A stretch of 62,974 nucleotides of DNA, the filler included, from Stramenopiles sp. TOSAG23-2 (lineage: Eukaryota): NCBI GenBank assembly GCA_900128395.1. It is 21 parts of 21 records of this genome, joined end to end, with 100 filler letters (N's around TTAATTAATTAA, not from the genome) between each part and the next. Parts side by side here need not be neighbours in the genome. Positions count along the whole stretch, not along the records: positions 9,337 to 12,346 come from LT651410.1; positions 12,447 to 15,454 come from LT651411.1; positions 15,555 to 18,562 come from LT651412.1; positions 18,663 to 21,669 come from LT651413.1; 17 more parts are not named here. The stretch is one strand, 5' to 3'. How positions within the stretch are numbered: position 1 is the stretch's first letter; every line of letters starts with the position of its first letter. This document shows, piece after piece, positions 9,949 through 21,202 of the stretch. The notes beneath the pieces are model-generated. The model had not been told where the DNA came from and ran no database searches. It saw only the letters and a list, made by a program, of their open reading frames with translations. The translations under genes were made by a program, and so were the position numbers.

Positions 9949-12346
9949 TCAACACGCGCCACCACCATTCTGCAATAAACGTCTTCTCCTTTGATTACCA
10001 CTTTTCTTGTTGAAATATTTTAGAGATTCAAATAAACGCCTTCTTCTCCTCACCTTGTCATCACAACCTTTCTCATCATTGTCACCATGAATACAGTTGA
10101 CACCAACTTTATAGTGCATTATCCCCTCATCATTAAGATACACCGCCAATTGGATACGACGATTCAGTTTGCGGTCTTGATCACCATCGAGCTTTTTACA
10201 ATTCTTTTCTTTATCACAGCCGTTTGCCTCATATACTTTTCTATTCTCCCAACCTTTTCCAAAACCTTCACACGGATTTGGTTTGCTCAACATATGACAC
10301 AATGTACCCTTCTTTCCATTATTAAAATATTTGCCAGCATATTTGGAATTTTTTACTTCTTTTCCGTTTTTACAATTAAATGTATAACTAGATTTTTTAC
10401 CGTTTACTTTTATATTAGTTATATCGATAAATTCAAGTAACTTATGCTCCACATCATCATTGGCAACACCTTGTTTCAAACAATTATCTGAGTCCGTTCC
10501 ATCGCATTTCCTTTCCCTTGGAAAATAAAACTTGGTATCCCATGGTCCATATGTACCTTTCCGATTCCATCCAGGAGTTCCTTCGATTAGACATTTTCCA
10601 CCATTATCAAAACCGCATTTTTTGTATTCCAAGTTACTGTCTTTAATTTCTTGGCATATACTATTGCATTTGTCATGACTGTTACCACATGGAATATCAA
10701 CAAGTTTATTATCATTTTTAATAATATAGCAAGTTTTTTCATTTTCAGGTGTAGGTTTATATTGATATCTTTTCTTCTTTCTATACTTCTTCTTCTTCTT
10801 CTTTTTATCTTCTTTATCCTTTTTCTTCTTATTATTATCCTTCTTCTTTTTATCTTTTTTATTCTTTTTCTTTTTCTTCTTGTTATTACCCTTCTTCTTT
10901 TTATCCTTCTTCTTCTTGTTCTTCTTCTTGTTATTACCCTTCTTGTTCTTCTTCTTGCTATTACCCTTCTTCTTTTTATCCTTCTTCTTCTTTTTCTTCT
11001 TGCCTTTTATTCGTTTCTTTTTCTTATCGCCATCTTTTTTCTTCTTGTCTCCTATTCGTTTCATTATTCGTTTCTTTTTCTTATCGTTATCCTTCTTCTT
11101 CTTTTTCTTCTTGCCTTTTATTTGTTTCTTTTTCTTATCGCCATCTTTTTTCTTCTTGTCTCCTATTCGTTTCATTATTCGTTTCTTTTTCTTATCGTTA
11201 TCCTTCTTCTTCTTTTTCTTCTTGCCTTTTATTTGTTTCTTTTTCTTATCGCCATCTTTTTTCTTCTTGTCTCCTATTCGTTTCATTATTCGTTTCTTTT
11301 TCTTATCGTTATCTTTTTTCTTCTTGCCTCTTGTGAGTTTCATTATCCGTTTCTGTTTCTTACCGTTATCTTTTTTCTTCTTGTCTCTTATTCGTTTCGG
11401 TTTCTTATCATCTTTTTTCTTCTTTTCCATTCGTTTCTTTCTCTTAGGTCTTGGGCTGGATCTTGGGCGAGGCCTTGGGTTCAAGAGACGACGAGGCCTT
11501 GGCTTTGGCCTTCGTTTCTTTTTCTTATCGTTATCTTTTTTCTTCTTGCCTTTTATTCGTTTCTTTTTCTTATCGTCATCTTTTTTCTTCTTGCCTCTTG
11601 GCTTTGGCCTTGGCTTTGGCCTTCGTCGTGGCTTTGGGCGGGGCTTTGGGCGAGGCCTTGGCTTTGGCCTTCGTCGTGGCTTTGGGCGTGGCCTTGGTCG
11701 TGGCCTTGGGCGGGGCCTTGGGCGGGGCCTTGGGCGGGGCCTTGGGCTTGGTCGTGGCCTTGGTCGTGGCCTTGGGCTTGGTCGTGGCCTTGGGCGGGGC
11801 CTTGGGCGGGGCCTTGGGCTTGGTCGTGGCCTTGGGCGGGGCCTTGGGCTTGGTCGTGGCCTTGGGCGAGGCCTTGGGCGAGGTCTTTTTTTCCTTTTCT
11901 TACCGCGGCGTCTTGTGGCTTTTTGACGATTCAGTAGTAATATTTCACGACTCTTCGTTTCTAAAAAACTTTTGGCCTCAGCATCTCTTCCTGAACAAAT
12001 ATCTTCTACCTTCTGTTCTATTGTCTGATCATGGTCGTGTTCATCTTCTTCTTCTTCTTCTTCTACATTGTCCTCGTGATCACAATCTTGCTGAACTTTT
12101 TCTACTTGTTCGCTGGATAATCCCTCTCCCTGCAAATATTGTTCAATGTCAGTTTCACTGGCATCAGGGTGTTCTTCCAACATTTCTTTTAAATGTTTGC
12201 ATGCCTTATCACTATCAAAATCACTCTCATCTTCTTCTTCTTCCTCCTCCTCCTTCTCTTCTTCTTCTTCTTCTTCTTCTACATTGTCCTTGTGATCACA
12301 ATCTTGCTGAACTTTTTCTACTTGTTCGCTGGATAATCCCTCTCCC
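9949..12346 (-). CDS. Polycationic Arg-Pro/Lys-rich protein with acidic N-terminal repeats and a C-terminal 16-Cys domain (variant A); 5' truncated
   Basis: Open frame to the contig edge; near-identical second copy at 44064-46443 preserves the frame across indels. Confidence 0.85.
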
Positions 12347-12446
12347 NNNNNNNNNNNNNNNNNNNNNNNNNNNNNNNNNNNNNNNNNNNNTTAATTAATT
12401 AANNNNNNNNNNNNNNNNNNNNNNNNNNNNNNNNNNNNNNNNNNNN

Positions 12447-13802
12447 TTTATCCTACTTGGTGCCACGTATATTTAAAAAAATGAAAGTAAAACCATGCCA
12501 TGCATTTTTGATATTGAAACCAGGAGAAACAATTTGCCAGTTCGGATTGCCGTTTGTACATTATGCATTGGGCAAAGCGGATGAATATAATTGGGATTGG
12601 ACATCTTTGCGTATGTCATATGCTCATTTAAGTGGCACAGCATTTAGATGTGATGTAAAACAAAATTCAGAAATGGCTGAAGCAATTGTTAAGATTGGAG
12701 ATGATTTACTTCAAGAACAGGCAAAAGGTACCACCAATACGGATGGAAAAAATATTGCAATCAATGAACAGAGTATTATTGATAGATACATGGACAATAA
12801 TAAAGAAAAACTCGAGCCAATGGTATTTAAACAGACGTTGTTAGCTGGAAAATGTAATTATCGCCCTGCAAATCCAGGTTTTGATAAAAACAGGTGCTCA
12901 GGGACAGATATTAGCCCTTGCGATCATAGTCAAGTTGATTCAATGTTACGTTATGCCTCCAATCGGGAAGATCATATCCATTTAAATGGGGATTCTAAAA
13001 TTGTTTTAGGTACTCCCGGGCAAAGTTGTTCAGAAGCATGCGATACGCAAACCAATGAGAAACTAAAGTGCAATAGTATTGAAACAGCTAAGTTTAATAA
13101 TTGTTATAATTTAAGAGGTTTTTTAAATTGCCAGTCCTGTTTAATTGATATCAAGTCGAATGGTATAAGTGGCATAACTAGCAGTAGCAACTATGCAAAT
13201 GGTATATGTCACTATCATGCAAATACATGCGTATATGCAAAAGGCTCTGTTGCTGGTTGTGGAGGTAAAGATATAGACACGCGAAGGGTGTGTGCGTGCA
13301 GCGAACATGGCGATGAGAATAGTGGTGGTGTTAGTAATAATAATAATGCCAATATAGTAAATAATAACCAACACTGGCAAAATAAAAAAGGTGGTGCAAA
13401 TGTTGTTGGGGATTATGGTGAATCGTGTGAAACAGTTTGTCGTAAAAGAAAAATGATATGTATTGATTCAGAATTGCAAGCATTAAATAATTGCCAGTCA
13501 TTATTAAAGTTATTCAAATCATGTAGTAAATGTGACCAAAATGAAGGTAAGCACACATTAACTAGAACTTTCTCTATATATATATATACACCTGTTTTAA
13601 ATCGATTTTCTAACATTTCACTCATCATATCTATATCCAACATTTATACAATATAGGCCCGGATCAACCATGCCAAGTTAATCCAGCTTCTGGAATCGGC
13701 ACACATGGAGAATGCTTGGTTAAAGGAAATGCTCATACATTAACATGCAAAGGGAAGCATAAATTGACTAGACGTGCTTGTGTCTGCTTCAAAGAGATGT
13801 GA
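12447..13802 (+). CDS. C-terminal part of a probable glycosyltransferase-associated protein with two MGAT5/GnT-V C-terminal-like Cys domains; intron 13547-13656
   Basis: Two G.SC...C...C...NNC..L....C..C...RR.C.C units; splicing GTAAGC...TATAG completes the second unit (EGPDQPC...TRRACVCFKEM*). Confidence 0.7.
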
Positions 13803-14247
13803 GAGATGTGTGTTCAATATGATATACATTATTAATATAAAAAAGTTTTGAGTGTAAAAAAGTAGAGAGGTGGTGTGGTGGTGTATGATATAATTTTCAG
13901 TGATAATTTCGATCATGCTTTCAAAAATACAAAAAAATTTTACGTACATATATACTCGTACAAGTATTTTAATACCGGGACTCGTGTATAAAAATTACAT
14001 TTTTACGCTTCGTAGTTTTTGGTACACACAACACACAACAAAAATACATATGACAAATACGCAATTAAAACAAAAATCACACCCCCGACTCTCTGCTGTA
14101 TTCGTATTTGTGTACTCCCCAAACTCCAAACCCTCTTTTTTCTCGCCTTTCACCCATATATATCATATTACGTGAAACAAAAGCGTATCATATTATTACT
14201 ATCATACATTCAACATGCGCACCACATATATGATATTTTATAAAATC

Positions 14248-15454
14248 TCAAACGACAGTATCGTTAATCATATCGTTTGCTTTTAAAGCTCCATACATAC
14301 GTTGCTGTATTTTTAATTTTTGATGTAGCTTTCGATACAAACGTGATTTTAAAAATCGTGGGAAAAATGTCGCTTCCATATGTTTAAATACAGTACGTTG
14401 AGCATCATCAAACAATGTCAATGGTGCCCTTTCATATTTCAATTCATTGTTAATATTTACACGTTCAGATATGGACAATATAGTAATTGGACTACCAGCA
14501 TCTATATCAACATATTCTGCATATATTCTATGTGCTTCCTCTAATCGTTCCACATTGTATTCGTCCGATAATCCCTCATCATCAATATCTTTGTATAATT
14601 CAACTGACAGCCAAAAATTTACATGTTGAACCGCTAATGATTGCGTCATGTATTGTTGAAAGACTTGCATGCATAAATGGTCCTTTAATACCGTATCTAA
14701 CGATTCAAGTGCAATTGGGAACGACCATAATGTTACTTCACTTTTAGATATACCATATGAATTCATTAATGGTATTAAAACGCTTACTATAAATAAAAGG
14801 ACACTACGAACAATGACACATAAAGGTTCGTATTTGACCCATAACTCTTCTCCTTCATTTGTTGATGCAATAGCTAATCCAACACGTATACCATACCATA
14901 CTACCCAAATACAAAAAATAAATAACAATTCAACCTGCAAATGTATGTATGTATGTATTTGTATGTAAAGTTAGTAATCTATACAGATGCATGTATGTAT
15001 GTGTGTGTGTGTGTGTTATTGAATGTCTATATATATATATATATATATATTGATATATATATCGAATATTATACTTACACTGATATTGAATGCATCAATA
15101 ACATCCCATAATTGATACAATGCTAAAACAAAAATAACTTGTTCAATAAATTCAATTACTTCCCATTCTAATACAAATCCTAAATGTACATGAGTGCATA
15201 CATTAAAACGTACATAATTAGAATCTGGCATTTGTAAAATAAGTATTTGATTCACGATACCATAGATAACAAAAACAGACAATAACATTAAAAAACGTTG
15301 TAATAACCATGAATCTGACATACGATAGGAAAATTTATGAAAATAATCTCTATCCGTATAGTTATAACTTGCATTTCCATTACGTAAATCATTATTATTA
15401 TTATCATACAATGCTTCTGCTAAATCATTCATATTATTATTACTACTATTGCTC
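14248..15454 (-). CDS. 7TM-RGS protein (RGS1-like architecture); intron 14935-15078; 5' truncated
   Basis: TM helices with DAFNIS/VEL across a GTAAGT...TGCAG intron; RGS box F..Y...HVNFWLSVELYK...IYAEYV...LFDDAQ..VF..M....FPRFLKS. Confidence 0.88.
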
Positions 15455-15554
15455 NNNNNNNNNNNNNNNNNNNNNNNNNNNNNNNNNNNNNNNNNNNNTT
15501 AATTAATTAANNNNNNNNNNNNNNNNNNNNNNNNNNNNNNNNNNNNNNNNNNNN

Positions 15555-15704
15555 ACTTTTATTCGCAGCATTTTTTTTATTCTTATCACTTGATTTCTTT
15601 GATTTCTTTCTTTTCTTTTTTTTTTTACTTGTCGTTGTAGTAGTTGGATTTTTATTCCCTTCCTCTTCATCGTCAAATCCATAAAATGCGTTATTGGTTG
15701 ACAT
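15555..15704 (-). CDS. N-terminus of an unidentified protein with a basic NLS-like tract; runs off the contig
   Basis: ATG at 15704, MSTNNAFYGFDDEEE...KKKKKRKK. Confidence 0.55.
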
Positions 15705-15932
15705 GATGTTTCTAATAGATGATGATAATTATGGTTGTAAAAATTAACTATTATATTTTCTTGGTACTTTAAAACAAAAAAAAGTCAACAAACTCGGTAT
15801 CTCTCTCTGTGTGTATTGATGTATATATTGTTATATATTATGGTATATTCAATATCTTTCCTTGCCTTCTATTCCTCTGCCCTATGTTGCAACCAATTGA
15901 TGAAGAAGGATATATATAAGTTATTATTATTG

Positions 15933-16672
15933 GTCAAGGAGAGAGGTGTGGTGACTACAGAGGTGCAATTTCACATTTATTATCCGTATGGTATTTATTA
16001 CATATAAATCTACACCATACCGATACTATACTAGTAAATATCAATACAAATATAAATTAACACACAAGGAGATCAAAGGAGAGGTGGTGAGATATCCTAC
16101 GATCGGAGGTGATATGGCCCATTTCATACCTGTATGGAAACAATATCAAATGTATTTATACCATACCGATACTATACTAGTAAATATCAATACAAATATA
16201 AATTAACACACAAGGAGATCAAAGGAGAGGTGGTGAGATATCCTACGATCGGAGGTGATATGGCCCATTTCATACCTGTATGGAAACAATATCAAATGTA
16301 TTTATACCATACCGATACTATACTAGTAAAAATCAATACAAATATAAATTAACACACAAGGAGATCAAAGGAGAGGTGGTGAGATATCCTACGATCGGAG
16401 GTGATATGGCCCATTTCATACCTGTATGGAAACAATATCAAATGTATTTATACCATACCGATACTATACTAGTAAAAATCAATACAAATATAAATTAACA
16501 CACAAGGAGATCAAAGGAGAGGTGGTGAGATACCCTACGATCGGAGGTGAGATGACCCATTTCATACCCGTATGGATACAATATTAAATATATTTATACC
16601 ATACTTATAATATATTAGTAAATATCCACACAAATAAAAATTAATACACTCGACGATTGGAGGTGAAATATG
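15933..16672. repeat. 146-bp tandem repeat (about 5 units; near-identical core, degenerate ends)
   Basis: CCATACCGATACTATA recurs at 16015, 16161, 16307 and 16453, and in degenerate form at 16599. Confidence 0.95.
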
Positions 16673-18462
16673 AAAATCCAACACATGATATCAGAAAATA
16701 TTTCAAGTGAATCAATGATATCATACTGTATAATGATAATTATAATGCATTGCATTACCAAATTTACCATTTAGGTATATCTAGTTTATATATATATCCG
16801 AGAAAGTGTTCGGTGTATTAATCCAATAATAATACGATTCACTATGGAAAAGGGATGAATATTGTATTTTTTTAGAGTGTCGTGATGTTTTTATTTCCTT
16901 AAATAAATAATATGTATCAAATTGTTGCTTGCATAAATAAACTAATTTAAGGAAACTGGAAACCATTAATACGGAGAAAATCGAAACTCCCAGAAGATGA
17001 TACTACATTGGTTCAAATACCAATTATTCAATAATATAAATATAATAAACATAAATATCCGAAATATGACATATCTCAACAATATAGTATATAAATAGTA
17101 TTAAAAGAGCAAGGTGAAGCATATTCCAACGATAATGACATACTTGCTATTATACAAAATAAAATACAATCTGATAGGATATAATTCGTGTGTATGGTAT
17201 ATACATTCTATTTTACAAATCAATATTGGGTTGGAATTGTGACCACGTAATAGTAAATATATGCTATTTAACAAAATCAATAGTGTACCAGTTTAAATTG
17301 GGCCAAGGTACATATTTCTAATAGCATAAATACCAATAGTATTTCCTCGTTTTCTTGATCAACAACACACGGGATCCAAGGATATTTTTTTGTGTGGTTG
17401 GGCGCTGTGGACCGGCTGGTGTGGTGAAAATTTGAAGTGATTTCCTCCTCGATCCAATATATCGATGGTAGCTACAATGCAAATAGAAGGTATCGCAATC
17501 GTAGAAAATCTTCATTTTTAATTATATATTCAGGAAAACTATTTGGTATTTTGTAATCTGGATATACGTATTTATTTATTCTATGGTTATATCCATATAT
17601 ATGTATGATGTATGAGATGATACAGTATTATATTGTATACGGAAATTCTTGATACGGTTCAAGTGTTCAAGTGGTATTGGGAAGATCTGTGCTCTGTGGG
17701 TTCTGGTTCTCTGTTCTCTGTGTGTCTGTGGCTGTGTGGCTGTGGCCAATGGCACCGTGGTGTGAAGAGAGCCATAGAGCCATAAAAGTGTGTGGTTGTT
17801 TTTGTAATGGCAGTTGATACAATCTGGCAATCCAGGTATAATATAGAATTACACGTCTATAGTTATTTTACAGATGTATTATGCAAATCTGACGTCATCA
17901 TCTATATCAAGCGGTGTGAGGCTAGCATCAACATAGCATAGCAACCTTCGAATTGCAGAGTTGCATTGTAGGGTAATACTGTATTAAACTACTCAAACCG
18001 ACTATTTAGAGTTGGATATGAATAATAATATCCGATAATTAATACTTATTGTTCAATATAATTCTGTATATTTGATGTTTATTGTTAGAGGGTAAAATTC
18101 CTGAAATGTTATCTATTTTTTAAAGTGAAATCCATCGCACGCTAATGTAATTAAAATGTTCTCGTTTCCAATTAAGGATATATGTGTAATACCCTCACCA
18201 AATCAATTGTATTTATCACATAAAGTCTCTCATTATTATATGACCACCTTAAGTAAATATTCAAACAATATATATATTCTATAGATTGTTGTGTATATAT
18301 ATAAAAAGGTATCTCAATCAATTAATTTAGTAGTTCAATATATATATATATATATATATATAGAATCAAGAAATACATTGTGAAAAAAGAAGTCTTTGAA
18401 ATAGGACGGGAGTGGTGAAAATAAAAAAAAAATATAGTCTGAGGGAAAAAATTAAAAAAAAT

Positions 18463-18562
18463 ATGGCATCATCATCATATAATACTTTAAAAAATGAGGA
18501 CAATAATAATAATAATAATAATAACAACAATAATAATAAACAAACAACACGTAGGTCTACTG
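18463..18562 (+). CDS. N-terminus of an unidentified Asn-rich protein; runs off the contig
   Basis: AAAAATATG context, MASSSYNTLKNEDNNNN. Confidence 0.5.
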
Positions 18563-18662
18563 NNNNNNNNNNNNNNNNNNNNNNNNNNNNNNNNNNNNNN
18601 NNNNNNTTAATTAATTAANNNNNNNNNNNNNNNNNNNNNNNNNNNNNNNNNNNNNNNNNNNN

Positions 18663-18763
18663 AACACACTTGTGTGAGATAGATTATTTCAGTTATTTTA
18701 TTCTTTTGAAGAGTAGGAATTATCATGAGTAAATTAAAAATAAATTATGCGTAAATTAAATTA
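18663..18763 (+). repeat. Dispersed repeat family 2 (contig-terminal)
   Basis: High similarity to the reverse complement of 40153-40258 on an unrelated contig. Confidence 0.85.
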
Positions 18764-18891
18764 TATATTATAATATATTAATATATACTCATATCTCGTA
18801 CGAAGTAATCAAGATTAAGTCCAAAATAAATTTTTTTTACGAAGCGTCGTAAATTTTTTCAAAAATTGAATAGCATACTTTCTCACACTTT

Positions 18892-20088
18892 TTAATACTC
18901 TAGACTTTCATTTTTATCGTTGTCATCTTCATCATCTTCAGCATCATCGTCTTCCTCCTCATTTTGATGATATTTTACCCATGGAAAATCTTCAATATTA
19001 TAATTAAATGATGGAAAAATTTGTGTTAAAGCTTGTAAGCTATACATTGCTGCTGGAATATTCCAAGAGTTGCCAACTATTTTATGTATTCTTTTGTTTG
19101 ACTCATTTGTATCATCACGTAGACATTTAAAATGATCAGATGGATATCCCATTAGCTCGCCTCGCTGTTCCGCATCTAGTTCAATTTCTTTTGCTTTTGC
19201 TGTTGCACTTTTACACCATATTCCACTACTTTCTGTGCTGGACGTTTTTGAGCTAAGTAATCCAGTGAGATTGCCAGTAAGACGCCAAATATAATCACCA
19301 TTGTTGTCTTGCTGTTTCCAGCTTTCATCTTTATCACTGGCGCTAAGCCAATGTTTCATCCAAGTTTCTTTAATGCTTGCTACTTTTTTTCTACCACTAT
19401 ATTTTATATTGAATGCACCAAATGTATTAGGAAACGGTATATTTGTGGCAAACCATCTATTCCGTTTATCTGGTGCAAAATGGCGTGAATCCAACTTGTA
19501 ACTTATACAGCATGCATTTGTTGCAAACCTGTTCATTCTTTCTAAATATGTAGATTCCGGTATTACATTTTCCATAAAGATATATGGATGATTCGATTCC
19601 TCTTTGATAGATTTATTAAATTCTTTTGCAAGTAAAATAAAATCAATGCAATCAAAAAACACACTTGATTTACCTTTTGACAATCCGGTCCTATTTGCAT
19701 TTACTCTTGACAAATCTTGACAGGGCGATCCAAATGTTATTAGATTGATACTGCATTTATAATCATTTGCCATAATATATTTTAAATTATCTTTTGTTAC
19801 ATTTGAAACGTCACCTAATGCTCTTGATTGAATGTTGTGCTTATTACAGAGATCAGAAATTACTTTGATGCAATCACCATCAATTTCACTAAAAAGATAA
19901 AGATGAACTTTTATCTTTAATCTAAGCAGACAAAGTAAAGCAGCACCACTACCTGCACAAAGATCTGCCACTACAATTCCTTTGGATGATTTCTTATCAC
20001 AATAGAATTTTCTTCTCAAATCCCATATATCTTCATCAGCAAAAATTTCCACCGGAGATAATTTTCTACTCCTTCGTCTTAGGTGTAT
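18892..20088 (-). CDS. DNMT3-like C5-cytosine DNA methyltransferase, catalytic domain
   Basis: Motifs I (DLCAGSG), II (SEID), IV (GSPCQDLS..N..R.GL), VI (MENV), VIII (RNRWFATNIP), IX, X (GNSWNIP); start uncertain, TATAG acceptor at 20089. Confidence 0.88.
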   Translation of the reverse strand: MHLRRRSRKLSPVEIFADEDIWDLRRKFYCDKKSSKGIVVADLCAGSGAALLCLLRLKIKVHLYLFSEIDGDCIKVISDLCNKHNIQSRALGDVSNVTKDNLKYIMANDYKCSINLITFGSPCQDLSRVNANRTGLSKGKSSVFFDCIDFILLAKEFNKSIKEESNHPYIFMENVIPESTYLERMNRFATNACCISYKLDSRHFAPDKRNRWFATNIPFPNTFGAFNIKYSGRKKVASIKETWMKHWLSASDKDESWKQQDNNGDYIWRLTGNLTGLLSSKTSSTESSGIWCKSATAKAKEIELDAEQRGELMGYPSDHFKCLRDDTNESNKRIHKIVGNSWNIPAAMYSLQALTQIFPSFNYNIEDFPWVKYHQNEEEDDDAEDDEDDNDKNESLEY

Positions 20089-20385
20089 CTATATTAATTT
20101 TAATCACCACACACTTCACAAAAAAACATCATCCTTCATGTCACCTTGCGTTTTCCCTCACGTTAAAATTAAGTTGATAGGCAGATATTAGCAAGAGACA
20201 ATACCGGATATTAAAAAATAGTACAGAAAATATCCTGGTTTGATATTGTACATATACATTGATTTTGGATTGATAGTAGAAGTATACAAAAAAGAACAAT
20301 TGGAAGGAAATAAAAAGATACTTTATTTATAGTAGTAGTAGTATCATTTTATATCACATAATAATTGAAGAAAAAATATATAACA

Positions 20386-21015
20386 ATGAATCAAATGGCA
20401 AAACTTTTATTGATAATATCCATTTTTGTTTGTTTATTTATTAATGTAGCATTTTCTTTAGGATATACAAAACGTGCTCCACCTGCTGTTATATCATTAA
20501 ATGTGTCTCAATATGTAGGGCGTTGGTATCAAGTATATGGTAGCGCAACTGTACAATGGACAATGGAAGTAGGTGGTCATTGTGTTACTGCTGATTATGC
20601 TATATCTGCTGCTCGCGATGATGTTGTAACAGTACAAAATGCGGTGAATGTCCTAGGACATGGAGTAAAAGTAACTGGTTATGGTATTGTTAATCCTTCT
20701 CATGCTGGTGAACTGGATGTATTTCTCGGACCTCCTGGTCATGGTGCAAATCCATCAAAGGCGGGGAAGTTTCAACGAACCAATTATTTAGTATTTGGTC
20801 TTGGTCCTGTTGTTGGTAAATATTATGATTATTCCCTTGTAAGTGATCCAACTGGTATGACGTTGTATGTGTTAGCTCGTAATGTATCACGTTTTCATCT
20901 TTTATATGATACCAATGTTTTATCAACATTGAAAGATTTAAATTTCACATCTTTTCTAAATCGACCTAGAAAGACAGATCAAGATAAATGCAAGTATGTA
21001 CCGCCACCTCAATAA
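20386..21015 (+). CDS. Secreted lipocalin (ApoD/Blc-like)
   Basis: Signal peptide; SCR1 LNVSQYVGRWYQV; YDYSLVSDP...LYVLAR. Confidence 0.9.
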   Translation: MNQMAKLLLIISIFVCLFINVAFSLGYTKRAPPAVISLNVSQYVGRWYQVYGSATVQWTMEVGGHCVTADYAISAARDDVVTVQNAVNVLGHGVKVTGYGIVNPSHAGELDVFLGPPGHGANPSKAGKFQRTNYLVFGLGPVVGKYYDYSLVSDPTGMTLYVLARNVSRFHLLYDTNVLSTLKDLNFTSFLNRPRKTDQDKCKYVPPPQ

Positions 21016-21202
21016 ATAATTTTGTACGAAGTAAAATGTATGTATGTGTGTATGTATGTATTGTAAATTGTTGTTGTGGACAATTAACATATACTGTACA
21101 AATAGCTTTTTATAAAAAACAATTTTCATTATAAAATATATACCCCTCTGGTATATATATATTTTTAGACTTTTTCAAAAATATCTCTCTTTCTCTTCAT
21201 TT

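Noticed and set aside
10232..10600. Diversity-generating retroelement as the source of hypervariability
   Set aside because: Differences include G/C and C/T changes and codon indels rather than adenine-specific substitutions; no RT or template repeat is visible
10651..12398. Long plus-strand Phe/Leu/Gly-rich ORFs (also 44559-46495)
   Set aside because: Antisense shadows of the Lys/Arg-Pro repeat gene; the low-complexity sequence simply lacks stops
15988..16498. Three similar 72-aa ORFs, or a CRISPR array
   Set aside because: By-products of a 146-bp unit that is not a multiple of 3; there are no unique spacers and no cas genes
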